From contig CAZASU010000003.1 of the NCBI GenBank assembly GCA_964487785.1, forward strand, positions 353-64,352: a DNA stretch of 64,000 bases, given 5' to 3'. Source of the stretch: an uncultured Gemmatimonadaceae bacterium. GTDB taxonomy: Bacteria; Gemmatimonadota; Gemmatimonadetes; Gemmatimonadales; GWC2-71-9. A model generated the notes under the pieces. The model was given only the letters and a program-made list of their open reading frames with translations, did not search any database and was not told the DNA's origin. Shown here in pieces: positions 47,540-56,624 of the stretch. Position 1 is the stretch's first letter; each line of letters opens with the position of its first letter. The translations under genes and the position numbers were made by a program.

Positions 47540-47837
47540 CTATTTGGGAGGAGACTGGAACCGGGCCACATACTCGCCGTAACCTTCCTCCTCCAACCGC
47601 TCGACCAAGAATGAACCGCAGCGCGGCGGAGTTCATGCAATAGCGAAGGCCGCTCGGTGCCGGAATCGAACTTGTCCTGCGAGCTGAACAGCACCTCGCC
47701 TGAGACCACGTCCACGTAGATCCCCGGACGCTTGTTGTCCCAGTACTCGTTCTGGAATGGCGGCTCCGTCCCCTCCTTCTGGGTGACCCTGTACTGCAAG
47801 GGCGTCGTGCTACCCCTTCCCTCACGGTTGTCGTCAT
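47540..47837 (-). pseudogene. msrB: methionine-R-sulfoxide reductase MsrB remnant (internal deletion plus frameshifts)
   Basis: Three frames each carry consecutive MsrB pieces: [48 protein letters not shown] (to 47656), [14 protein letters not shown] (47651-47610) and [22 protein letters not shown]-stop (to 47540). The GWPSF...HLGHVF segment expected between pieces 1 and 2 is absent. Confidence 0.8.
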
Positions 47838-47886
47838 ATCGTAGATTACAGCCGGCTAAACCCCACTCCTAGGCGCAGGGTTCCCG

Positions 47887-49065
47887 ATGACCCACCGACT
47901 CTATTATATCGACTCATACCTCCGCGATTTCGAGGCAGCGGTCATAGAGCGGTCGGACGATTCCCGCCGCATCTACCTCGACCAGACCGCCTTCTACCCC
48001 ACTTCCGGTGGCCAGCAGTTCGATGTCGGCCAGCTGGGGGGAATCGAGGTCACCGATGTGGTAGACGAAGGCGAGCGGGTTGCGCACCTGCTTGCGGCTC
48101 CCCTAACCGGCGAGCGGGCCCGGGGCCAGATCGATTGGGACCGACGCTTTGACCATATGCAACAGCATACCGGCCAACATCTGCTCTCTGCCGTCCTGGC
48201 CGGGCTTACCGGCCACTCCACGGTCGGAGTCCACTTCGGTGGCGCAAGCTCGACCCTGGATCTGGACGCTGCGGCCCTCACTCCGGATCAGGTATCCGAA
48301 GCCGAGGAGCGAGCCAATGCGATTGTGGTTCAGAATCGCCCGGTCGAGGTGAGCTTTGAAGCGGCGACGGCGGCCGACGGGCTGAGGAAACCCACTGAGC
48401 GAGAGGGAACGCTCCGGATTGTCACCATCCAGGGCCTCGACCGGAGCGCGTGCGGCGGAACCCACGTACGAGCCACTGGAGAGATAGGCCCAATCCTGAT
48501 CCGGAAGTTGGAGCGGGTCAGGAAGGGAGTGCGAGTCGAGTTTCTCTGTGGCAGCCGGGCCACCAGGCGGGCTGGTACCGACTACGGGCTCCTCTCGCGG
48601 CTTGCCGCCGAGTTCTCGGCCACGGCCGAGGAGCTGCCTCGGCTGATCGTGAGCCACCGAGACGAGATCAAGGAGGCCAACGCAACCAACCGGGAGCTGC
48701 AAGGGAAGCTGGATCTCTGTCGCGCTCGAGAGTTTTACGCCGCCGCCACGCCGGAGAGCACCGGGATCCGCCGGGTAACGGTCTGGGAGAACGGGACGGC
48801 AGCGGACACCCTTCGGGGATTGGCCCAGGCGTTCAGCTCGATGCCACTGGCGGTTTTCGTCGGGGCGGTAGCCAGCCCTCCCGCAGTGGTGCTGGCCGCG
48901 TCAGAGGACACGGGGATCGATGCCGCGAGCCTCCTCAAGAGCCTCCTCACCAGCGTGGGTGGGAGGGGAGGCGGTTCCGCCCGGCTAGCCCAAGGGATAG
49001 TGCCGGGACGCGCTCAACTGCAGACGGTGGTTGAGAGTCTGGGGTCGAGGGCTAGTGCATCCTAG
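47887..49065 (+). CDS. alaX: alanyl-tRNA editing protein AlaX-L type
   Basis: 392-aa ORF. FYPTSGGQ, HTGQHLLSAV and ACGGTHV zinc motifs of the AlaRS editing domain, plus a C-terminal DHHA1-like part. Confidence 0.85.
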   Translation: MTHRLYYIDSYLRDFEAAVIERSDDSRRIYLDQTAFYPTSGGQQFDVGQLGGIEVTDVVDEGERVAHLLAAPLTGERARGQIDWDRRFDHMQQHTGQHLLSAVLAGLTGHSTVGVHFGGASSTLDLDAAALTPDQVSEAEERANAIVVQNRPVEVSFEAATAADGLRKPTEREGTLRIVTIQGLDRSACGGTHVRATGEIGPILIRKLERVRKGVRVEFLCGSRATRRAGTDYGLLSRLAAEFSATAEELPRLIVSHRDEIKEANATNRELQGKLDLCRAREFYAAATPESTGIRRVTVWENGTAADTLRGLAQAFSSMPLAVFVGAVASPPAVVLAASEDTGIDAASLLKSLLTSVGGRGGGSARLAQGIVPGRAQLQTVVESLGSRASAS

Positions 49066-49089
49066 ACCCTCGACTCTAGACCCTCGACT
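49036..49089. terminator. hairpin plus tandem 14-mer (ctagaccctcgact x2) at a convergent gene junction
   Basis: ggtcgagggctag (49043-49055) pairs with ctagaccctcgac (49062-49074). The 14-mer is repeated at 49076-49089. Sits between the alaX stop (49063-49065) and the sigma-factor stop (49095-49097). Confidence 0.5.
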
Positions 49090-49094
49090 GCAGA

Positions 49095-49985
49095 TTACGC
49101 AGCAAGTTCTCGAAGCTTATCCCCGTGCTCCTCCTTGAGCTGACGAAGGGCACGGTCCCGCAGCTGACGAATCCGCTCCCGGGTGACTCCCATCATGCGG
49201 CCGATCTCTTCCAGAGTGCGGCTGGTGTCATCGTCCAACCCGAAGTAGAGCCGGAGTACCTTGGCGTCCCGGGGCTGGAGCGCGGCAAGTGCCGCCTCCA
49301 AGTCGCTGGTTCGGCTGCTGGCGAGGGTCGAGGCATCGGTCCCTTCCTGCGTCAACGGAACGAACCGGTCCAGCCGGCCACGGTCTTCACCTTCCCGCAT
49401 GGGCTGGTCGAGCCGCAGCGCCTCCATATGCAGGGCGCCGAGTGAGCGTACTGCCTCCGGGGTAAGGCCGGTGGCCCTCACCAACTCCTGGGAGGTGGGG
49501 ACCCGTCCCAGCTGCTCGGTGAGCAGGGTGGTGACCCGCCCCAGCCGGCTCAGATCGGCGGTGCGATTGAGCGGGAGCCGGACCGGACGGCCGTGCCGCG
49601 CGATGGCCGCCTGGATGGCCTGCCGGATCCACCAGACCGCGTAAGAGATGAACTTGACCCCCCGGTCCGGATCGAACTTCCGAGCCGCGGTCATCAGGCC
49701 CACGTTCCCCTCCCCGATCAGGTCCATGAGAGGAACTCCCCGGTTCTGGAACTTCTTGGCCACTGAGACCACGAAGCGCACGTTGTGCCGGGCGAGCTTC
49801 TCCTGGGCTTCGACATCGCCCTTGATGGCGCGCTTGGCCAACGCCGTCTCCTCCTGCACGGTGAGCAGGGGGATGCGGCTGATGTCCTTGAGGTAGAAAT
49901 CCAGGCTCTCGCGCCCTTCGTCGACCGCCTTGGCCATGGTGGCCGGCTTGGCCCGGCGCCGACGCTTGCCCTTGGTAACCGCCAC
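49095..49985 (-). CDS. RNA polymerase sigma-70 family factor (RpoD-like, regions 1.2 to 4)
   Basis: Within ORF 49095..50081. A GTG at 49985 follows GAGGGA (alternative ATG 49937). YLKDISRIPLLT, region 2 NVRFVVSVAKKF..GLMDLIGEGNVGLMTAARKFD, YAVWWIRQAI, and region 4 EIGRMMGVTRERIRQL. Confidence 0.85.
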   Translation of the reverse strand: MAVTKGKRRRRAKPATMAKAVDEGRESLDFYLKDISRIPLLTVQEETALAKRAIKGDVEAQEKLARHNVRFVVSVAKKFQNRGVPLMDLIGEGNVGLMTAARKFDPDRGVKFISYAVWWIRQAIQAAIARHGRPVRLPLNRTADLSRLGRVTTLLTEQLGRVPTSQELVRATGLTPEAVRSLGALHMEALRLDQPMREGEDRGRLDRFVPLTQEGTDASTLASSRTSDLEAALAALQPRDAKVLRLYFGLDDDTSRTLEEIGRMMGVTRERIRQLRDRALRQLKEEHGDKLRELAA

Positions 49986-50160
49986 GTCGCTACTCCCTCG
50001 GTGAGGCCCGAAACTATGGGCCGGAAAGCTTTTGTTGACTGAACGATTAACAGTTCTGCCAGCCCGCTGGTTCCCCAGCATCCGGGGCTGATTCCTGCTA
50101 GGTGTCTAGACATACATACTGCCTGAGGACGCCATCGGGTCGCAGATAGACACCACAATG

Positions 50161-50197
50161 CCAAGAGGGCCGAACCCGGTCGGGTCGGCCCTCTTGG
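50161..50197 (-). terminator. GC hairpin downstream of the 50216 gene
   Basis: ccaagagggccga...tcggccctcttgg (13-bp stem) lies 19 nt after the stop at 50216. There is no clear U tract. Confidence 0.4.
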
Positions 50198-50215
50198 TGG
50201 GAAAACCCCGTGGTT

Positions 50216-51346
50216 CTACCAGCTTATGGTGTACTGCCCTCCTATCATGTAGTACGTCTCAGTGGCCCGAAGATCACTGCTCTTGTCCTCGGTTGGCCAG
50301 CTGCTCCGGTGCGTAGTCATCCCCAGACGCAGAGCGAAGTTACGCACCAGATCAAGACCCAGCGTGAGGCGTTCGAGCGTGTCCCGCCGGCGGGGAATGA
50401 GCGGCTCGCCCCCGAAGGCGAAGGTCTTTTCCAGCGTCACCGTGACCGGGGTCCGAACTTCGGTGAGCCCTCCGTTGAGGGACACAAAGGTGCTCACTTC
50501 CTGCAGCGTCTCGCGCCCGTCGGTATAGATCCCCAGCTGCGAGCTTGCCGTTAGCCCCTTGATCATGATGCTGGGCCCGATGCTGGCCCGATAGGCTGTA
50601 CCCTTGGTCAGAATGGCGTTGCGTTCGGTTGGAAGCCACTCCGCGTGGGTGGCCGCCAACCGCATTGCCAGGCCATAGCTCATCCCGTCTCCGAGTCGCT
50701 TGATCTCATGGGAGAGGTCCAGTGAGCCACCGCGCTCGTCGGCGCCATAGAACCCCTGGAGCCGTCCGCTCAGCCCTCCGGTGGCCACCTCGGCCTGGAG
50801 GTTCCAGACGGTATGGCTGAGCGCCTCTTTCAGGAGAACCAGCTTGTCCCGCCCGGTGACGGCGCGCTTGGTGAACGCCGTGTTCCACCCACCAGTCACG
50901 GCGACCGAGCGCTCGTTGCGCTCCGGGAGCTTGACCGGAAGCTCGTGGTAGTAGCCCCGGCAGCGGCCCTTGCGGCAGACCACCACCTTCATCGGCTTCT
51001 TGAGCACGTCGAACAGCTGCCCCTTCTCCCGGGCCGCGTAGCGCACGCCCGGCACAGTGTCGCCGAAGTCGCCCCCCACTCTGGTGGTCAGAGTGGAACC
51101 GTTGCCCCAATAGCGGTCCAGTCCATCCACCGACTCGATGGCGATGCTATCGGATGCGGGGCTTGTCACCTTCAACTCCACCGAGCCACCCGACTGCGCG
51201 ATCGCCGGGGTCATGGTAAGCTCGACAGGCTCGGGCCCGGTGGTGAGGTTGACCGTCGATGTGGAGATGCCACAGCCCTGGAGGCCCAGCGCCACGCACA
51301 CAGGCACGGCGATGGGGGAGAATGCTCTACGAAACGTGTGATTCAT
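50216..51346 (-). CDS. lipoprotein / outer-membrane-like protein, unknown function
   Basis: Within ORF 50216..51466; start at MNHTFRRAFSPIAVPVCVALGLQGCG (lipobox). The C-terminus alternates beta-strand-like residues and ends ...GGQYTISW. Confidence 0.55.
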   Translation of the reverse strand: MNHTFRRAFSPIAVPVCVALGLQGCGISTSTVNLTTGPEPVELTMTPAIAQSGGSVELKVTSPASDSIAIESVDGLDRYWGNGSTLTTRVGGDFGDTVPGVRYAAREKGQLFDVLKKPMKVVVCRKGRCRGYYHELPVKLPERNERSVAVTGGWNTAFTKRAVTGRDKLVLLKEALSHTVWNLQAEVATGGLSGRLQGFYGADERGGSLDLSHEIKRLGDGMSYGLAMRLAATHAEWLPTERNAILTKGTAYRASIGPSIMIKGLTASSQLGIYTDGRETLQEVSTFVSLNGGLTEVRTPVTVTLEKTFAFGGEPLIPRRRDTLERLTLGLDLVRNFALRLGMTTHRSSWPTEDKSSDLRATETYYMIGGQYTISW

Positions 51347-51798
51347 TGAAACCGCCGGTATTCTGATCGTACGGGAGCTTCCCCGCCGGAGCACGCAAGG
51401 CGGCTCGGCGGCAACAACGGACTCACGCGCATATTGTTGCGCTGTGTGTCCCATGAGGTTTCGCAAGGAGCGTACCTCGACGAGGCGACTCGATTGTGTA
51501 ATTGGGATGGCGGTTCGGAGAGTCGGCCGCCGTATTTTCTACTATAGCCCCGCCGATAGCAGACCGCTAGGTGACCGGCGCCACTTCTTCGACGGCTCTG
51601 AGTACTTACCATGAGCCTGATGACCAAGCTCCGTGAAGCGGAACCGGTCTCGATCGGATCGCGACCCCCTTCATTCCACCGAATCCCACTCTGCCAAGGC
51701 TGGGGAAGGCAGTGCTGCGGGCTCGGGATGGCGGACGGGAACGAGCACGGTGGGGGTTTGTGGCCGATCCGAAGTGGGTGGAGGCATCCCTGCGGCGC

Positions 51799-51842
51799 CC
51801 AAAAGCAAAAGTGGCCGGCTCGCGTTGAGCGAGCCGGCCACC
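51799..51842 (-). terminator. Rho-independent terminator of csp
   Basis: On the minus strand, ggtggccggctcgctcaacgcgagccggccac is followed by ttttgcttttgg, 27 nt after the csp stop. Confidence 0.75.
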
Positions 51843-51868
51843 ATTTGCAGCAAATCCGGGTTAGCGGG

Positions 51869-52081
51869 TTACTGCGCGAGCTTTCTCACGTTCTCCGCGG
51901 CGGGGCCCTTCTGGCCCTGCACGACGTCGAATTCCACGCGCTCACCCTCGGCCAGGCTCTTGAATCCTTCGGCCTGGATCGCGGAATGATGGACAAAGCA
52001 GTCCTTCTGACCATCCTCGGGGGTGATAAAGCCAAACCCCTTGGCGTCGTTGAACCACTTGACCGTGCCAGTGGTGCGCAT
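51869..52081 (-). CDS. cspA: cold-shock protein (CspA family)
   Basis: ATG 52081 follows [41 protein letters not shown] (RNP1/RNP2). 70 aa, within ORF 51869..52159. Confidence 0.95.
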   Translation of the reverse strand: MRTTGTVKWFNDAKGFGFITPEDGQKDCFVHHSAIQAEGFKSLAEGERVEFDVVQGQKGPAAENVRKLAQ

Positions 52082-52359
52082 TGTTCCTACTCCTTGAAAA
52101 ATGGGTAATCGGAGTCCGGACATGCCACACCGGCCGACTACGGTTGCGCGTGAATTCACCCATCACGCAGGGTACCGCTGCCATGGCACGTCTGTAGTAG
52201 AGCGGCAGCAATGAAAATAGGGCCAGCGACAGCGCCGGCCCTTCTGATAACAGTCGAGTATCGGCAGCCCGGGTAGGCCCCGATGCTGGCAACAAGATAC
52301 CTTGGTAGCGCCGGAAGAGCAACCCCGGCCCGCGTCGAACTCCACCTACGGAGCTCAAA

Positions 52360-54162
52360 GTGATCGGTAAGCTGCTGGCGAGGCGGGGCATCCTGTCGAA
52401 GCGGGAGCAGGAAATCCGAGTTCGCGAGCAGGAGCTGCTCCAGCGCATGGCCACCGCTCTCGAACGCTTCGGATCCGATGTGGCGGCAGACGACCTGCGC
52501 CGCTTTCAAGAAGCCCGGGAGCAGCTCAACGGCCTCTTTCTCCTGGTCATAGCGGGGGAGTTCAACTCGGGAAAATCCAGTTTCATCAACGCTCTGCTGG
52601 GGGAGCGCGTGCTGCCCGAGGGGGTCACCCCCACGACCGACCGCATCAACGTCCTTCGACATGGCCCCGAGGTATCCGAACAGCTCCGGGAGGCGTACCT
52701 GCTCGAGCGCACCCACCCGGCCGAGGTCCTCCGCGAACTGAACATCGTCGACACGCCGGGCACCAATGCGATCATCCGGCGCCACGAGGAGCTGACCCGC
52801 GATTTCGTTCCCCGCTCCGACCTGGTGCTGTTCGTCACTTCAGCTGACCGCCCCTTCACCGAGAGTGAGCGCGGCTTCCTGGAGCAGATCCGGGAATGGG
52901 GCAAGAAGATCGTCTTCATCGTCAACAAGATCGACATCCTCACCCGCCCCGAAGAGCGGGACGAGGTCATCCGCTACGTTCGCGATAACGCCACCGGGCT
53001 CCTGGGCGAGACGCCGGAGATCTTCCCTGTCTCGGCTCGCCAGGCAATGGAGGCGCGCGGGGAAGGCGGTCAGGCGGTCGGGCGAACAGGCGGAGAGGCA
53101 GGTGAACGGGAGAAGGAGGTGTGGGACAGCAGCGGGTTCGGAGCGGTGGAAGACTACCTGCTCAACACCCTCGATCAGCAGGAGCGGGTCCGTCTCAAGC
53201 TACTCAACCCGCTTAATGTCGGGCTGCGGCTCGCCTCCAAGTATAAGGAGGCGGCTTTCGAGCGGCTCAAGCTGCTGACCCACGACGTGGAAGCGATCCA
53301 GAACATCGACCAGCAACTTGCGCTTTTCCACGAGGAGATGCTGCGCGACTTCGAGCCGCGGCTCGCTCGGCTGGATGTCCTTCTCGGCGACATGGAGCGC
53401 CGGGGCATGCGGTTCTTCGAGGAAACCATCCGGATCGGCCGGATCAAGAGCCTGATGGACAGTGAGGGAGTAAAGCGCACGTTCGAGCGGGAGGTGATCG
53501 GGGAGACGCCGCGAGAGATCGAAGACGAGGTCGGCCGGGTCATCGACTGGATCGTCGAGCGAAACCTCAAGCTTTGGCAGGATATCAGCGGCTACATCGA
53601 GCGGCGCCAGCTGACCCGCCATCGGGAAGGGATGATCGGTGACGTGGGCTCGAGCTTCAACTACAACCGCCAGGCCCTCCTGGATTCGATCGGCCGGGTT
53701 TCTGGCGAGGTAGTCGGGAGCTACAACCGGGAAGAAGAGTCGCGCACGATCGCCAACGAGATCCAGGGAACCTTCGCCACGACGGCGCTGGCCCAGGCCG
53801 GAGCCATCGGATTGGGCACCCTGGTGGTGACTTTGGTCAGCAGCGCCGCGGCCGACGTCACCGGCATACTCCTCGCCACCGCACTCGCGATCGGGGGGTT
53901 CTACGTCATACCCCGGCGGCGGCGGCAGGCAAAGCTCGACTTCGAGCGGCGGATCAACCAGCTTCGTACTCACCTCAAGGACGTCCTCACCCGCCAGGTG
54001 CACCTGGAGCTGGAGCAGTCCACCGCCCGGATCAACGAGGCGATAGCGCCGTACCGCCGGTTCGTGCAAAGCCAGCAGCAGCATCTCAACGAGGCCAGGG
54101 GCGAGCTGGTGGCCACCGAGGATGCGCTGCTCCGGCTGAGAGCCGACCTCGAGAAGCGTTAG
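52360..54162 (+). CDS. bacterial dynamin-like GTPase
   Basis: 600-aa ORF (GTG start). P-loop GEFNSGKSSFINALLG, TPTT, DTPGTN and NKID, then a long helical stalk and a hydrophobic paddle-like segment GAIGLGTLVVTLVSSAAADVTGILLATALAIGGFYVI. Confidence 0.85.
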   Translation: MIGKLLARRGILSKREQEIRVREQELLQRMATALERFGSDVAADDLRRFQEAREQLNGLFLLVIAGEFNSGKSSFINALLGERVLPEGVTPTTDRINVLRHGPEVSEQLREAYLLERTHPAEVLRELNIVDTPGTNAIIRRHEELTRDFVPRSDLVLFVTSADRPFTESERGFLEQIREWGKKIVFIVNKIDILTRPEERDEVIRYVRDNATGLLGETPEIFPVSARQAMEARGEGGQAVGRTGGEAGEREKEVWDSSGFGAVEDYLLNTLDQQERVRLKLLNPLNVGLRLASKYKEAAFERLKLLTHDVEAIQNIDQQLALFHEEMLRDFEPRLARLDVLLGDMERRGMRFFEETIRIGRIKSLMDSEGVKRTFEREVIGETPREIEDEVGRVIDWIVERNLKLWQDISGYIERRQLTRHREGMIGDVGSSFNYNRQALLDSIGRVSGEVVGSYNREEESRTIANEIQGTFATTALAQAGAIGLGTLVVTLVSSAAADVTGILLATALAIGGFYVIPRRRRQAKLDFERRINQLRTHLKDVLTRQVHLELEQSTARINEAIAPYRRFVQSQQQHLNEARGELVATEDALLRLRADLEKR

Positions 54163-54317
54163 GCTCGGTCCGAAGGTCTTGACGGGACCCGATCTAAGTG
54201 GTAGCCTAGCATGGCGATAGTCCTTTACTCCCCTTGTGACGAACCTCCTCAGTCTTTCCGTAGCGCTACCACCGGCGCGGAGAGATGTATGTAGTCCTCT
54301 TCCGTCGGAGGTGGCAC

Positions 54318-54803
54318 ATGGACGTGCTCGTCGCGCTTGCTATTAGCATTGGAATCCTGATCGCGGGCTGGACCTATGTTGCGTTGGGTGTCGCCGCGCT
54401 GCCGGTGTGGGCGGGGATCGTAGCGTGGGGTTGCTTCTTCGCCGCGGGCGGGAAGACGACAGGGCTCACCAAGACGATCGCCTCGAACCTCTCCGGCGTG
54501 GTGTGGGCGTTTCTCGCATTGGAGGCCGCGCGTCGATTCGGCGGCGGCTTGCCGGTCTTGTCCCTCATGGTTGGGCTGGCGGCCTTCTTCATGGTGCTCC
54601 AGTCCAAGATTCCGGCTCTCTCGTTTATCCCAGGCGCGTTCCTCGGCGCAGCGACAGCGGTGAGTGTGGTGGTAGGAGCGGGCACCACCTTCCCCCACCC
54701 CTGGGTGAAGACGATCGTCGCGCTGGTGGCGGGAGCGGTGCTGGGATACGTCTCGGAAATGCTGGCGGGCAGTATCGGTGGCCGGAAACGGGCCACAGTG
54801 TAG
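54318..54803 (+). CDS. multi-pass inner membrane protein (DUF1097-like)
   Basis: ATG 54318 follows GGAGGTGG. 161 aa with about four hydrophobic helices. The family assignment is tentative. Confidence 0.55.
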   Translation: MDVLVALAISIGILIAGWTYVALGVAALPVWAGIVAWGCFFAAGGKTTGLTKTIASNLSGVVWAFLALEAARRFGGGLPVLSLMVGLAAFFMVLQSKIPALSFIPGAFLGAATAVSVVVGAGTTFPHPWVKTIVALVAGAVLGYVSEMLAGSIGGRKRATV

Positions 54804-54882
54804 ACCAAGCCGCTCAGCTGCAACTTACAAGAATCCGGAGCCCGTCCTGGGCTCCGGATTGCTTTTTCAGGGTGGGGTCGTT

Positions 54883-55761
54883 CTAGTTGGCGGCCTGATC
54901 CAGATCTCCCAGCGCCTTGAGCACGGCGTCGGGTTGCTCCTCGTGTACGTATTGACCCGACCCGGCCACGCTTTCGAGCGCAAAGTCGGGGAGCTTGTCG
55001 GCCAGCAGCTCCCGCTCATCGGTCTTGACCCCGCTCGGGTGTGTAACCCCGCCCACCAGCAGACGGACCGGCACGCGAATCTCGTCGAGCTGGTCCCGCA
55101 GCGACTCGGTTTCCTTCGACTTGGACATGCTGCGGAACGCGTCGATAGCGCCGTCCACGTCGGCTGCCTGCCCGGCGGTGTACTCCCGGACCACCTTCTG
55201 GGTCACCCAGGTAGTGTCCCCCGAGTTCTTCACGATCTCCTTGCGGACATCGTGCCTCAGCTTGCCCTCGTTGACCGCGAGCTTGGTGATGAACCCGCCC
55301 AGGCGGAATGCCTTCTTCAGTCCGGGGGTGGCCGCACTCTCGGCCGGGCCGCCGTCTATCGACAGGATGCCCCGAACCAGATCGGGGTGAGCGAGCGCCA
55401 GACGGAGAGTGATCGAGGCGCCGGTGGAGTTGGCGATGAAGAGGGCCTGGCGTATGCCGAGGCTGTCCAGCACCTGGCCTACCCGTTCGGCCTGGGCCGT
55501 GAAGGAGTAGTCGGCACCGTCCGGATGCGATGACCGGCCATAGCCCAGCGGCTCGATCACGATGCAGCGGTAGCCACGCTGGACCAGAGGACCAACGATC
55601 TTCCGATAGCCGTAGGACCCCCCGAAAATTCCGGGAATGAGGACCACAGGCTCGCCTGACCCGGTGACGGTAGTGCGGAGGATTTCGCCCGGCGCGACCT
55701 GGATCTGGCGAACCACCGCGCTGTCGAGCGAGGCGGCGAGCGCCAGGGTGAAGAGCATCAT
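54883..55761 (-). CDS. alpha/beta hydrolase
   Basis: 292-aa ORF with a signal-like N-terminus. VVLIPGIFGG, and nucleophile elbow ANSTGA. Confidence 0.75.
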   Translation of the reverse strand: MMLFTLALAASLDSAVVRQIQVAPGEILRTTVTGSGEPVVLIPGIFGGSYGYRKIVGPLVQRGYRCIVIEPLGYGRSSHPDGADYSFTAQAERVGQVLDSLGIRQALFIANSTGASITLRLALAHPDLVRGILSIDGGPAESAATPGLKKAFRLGGFITKLAVNEGKLRHDVRKEIVKNSGDTTWVTQKVVREYTAGQAADVDGAIDAFRSMSKSKETESLRDQLDEIRVPVRLLVGGVTHPSGVKTDERELLADKLPDFALESVAGSGQYVHEEQPDAVLKALGDLDQAAN

Positions 55762-55783
55762 TTAGGTCCCACCGACTCCCGGC

Positions 55784-55984
55784 TTACCAGGAGTCACCAG
55801 TGACCTTCTTCTTCCGCTTCCGGCGAAGGGCGGCGGCGGTCTTGATGGCACGCGCTTCACTGGGTTTGACGTAGTGTCTGCGGCGCCGGAGCTCTCCAAA
55901 GAGTCCCGACTTCTGCAGCTTGCGCTTGAACAGCTTGAGCGCGCGCTCCAGGCTGTCTTCGTCGCTCAACCGAACTTCGGTCAT
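55784..55984 (-). CDS. rpsU: 30S ribosomal protein S21
   Basis: MTEVRLSDEDSLERALKLFKRKLQKSGLFGELRRRRHYVKPSEARAIK... 66 aa, within ORF 55784..56143. Confidence 0.9.
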   Translation of the reverse strand: MTEVRLSDEDSLERALKLFKRKLQKSGLFGELRRRRHYVKPSEARAIKTAAALRRKRKKKVTGDSW

Positions 55985-56066
55985 CCCGCTGTCCTTGTCG
56001 TTGAGATGAAAAGAGGGGGCCGACACCTGTGCCAGCCCCCCTGGGATCGGTCGGATTTCGAATAGG

Positions 56067-56480
56067 TTACCGCTCCGATGCCGAGAGAAGCATACCCCGG
56101 GATTCCTCGAACCACAAGGCGAGCGCCGCAGCGGCCCCGCCACCAGATGGTGACTGAGGCCCTGTTGGACGGGCCCCCTCGGTAAAGGTAAGCACTTCCC
56201 CCTCGGTCACCTCGGGCCGGCCAAGCTCGAAGACCAGCGGGTTTCTGAGGGTGTATTCGGCCGCGTATCGATTGGACTCAGCCGAGCCCTCCTTCGTCTC
56301 GCAAAAGCTCAGCGTTATGAGCTCGCGATCGCCGACGCTCAGGACGTAGTACCCGACGAAGCCGGGGATCTGCTGCACGAGCGAGAGAAACTCGTCCTGG
56401 AGTTGTCGGCGGAGAAGCTGCAGCGAGGCCTTGTTGACAGCCCCGTTCTTTGGGCTGTACCTGCGGATGGTGACAAACAT
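56067..56480 (-). CDS. ABM (antibiotic-biosynthesis-monooxygenase-like) fold protein, hypothetical
   Basis: Within ORF 56067..56504 (start MFVTIRRYSP). The pattern ...FVGYYVLSVGDRELITLSFCETKEGAE... is typical of the dimeric alpha-beta barrel fold. The low-complexity tail may not be real. Confidence 0.45.
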   Translation of the reverse strand: MFVTIRRYSPKNGAVNKASLQLLRRQLQDEFLSLVQQIPGFVGYYVLSVGDRELITLSFCETKEGSAESNRYAAEYTLRNPLVFELGRPEVTEGEVLTFTEGARPTGPQSPSGGGAAAALALWFEESRGMLLSASER

Positions 56481-56540
56481 GTGTTCCTCTGAAGCCCTGC
56501 CCATTCATGAGATCGACTGCACAACGATAGGTCAACATAA

Positions 56541-56621
56541 TCGGGCGGACGGGCGGACGGGCGGTCGGTAGAAGCGGGGGGCGACTACCTGCCCCGCCGC
56601 CCCGCTGCCCCGCCTTCTTCC
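56541..56621. repeat. palindromic element with tandem octamer arms (GGGCGGAC x3 / TGCCCCGC x3)
   Basis: gggcggacgggcggacgggcggtcgg ... tgccccgccgccccgctgccccgcc, with an inner stem cggtagaag / cttctaccg. Lies just downstream of the SDR gene stop at 56625. Confidence 0.65.
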
Positions 56622-56624
56622 CTT

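Noticed and set aside
51690-51770. SRP (4.5S) RNA-like motif (gccaaggc...ggggaaggcag)
   Set aside because: It lacks the conserved GGAAGGAAGCAGCC helix-8 core and a complementary 3' strand. The resemblance is limited to a few G/A-rich bases.
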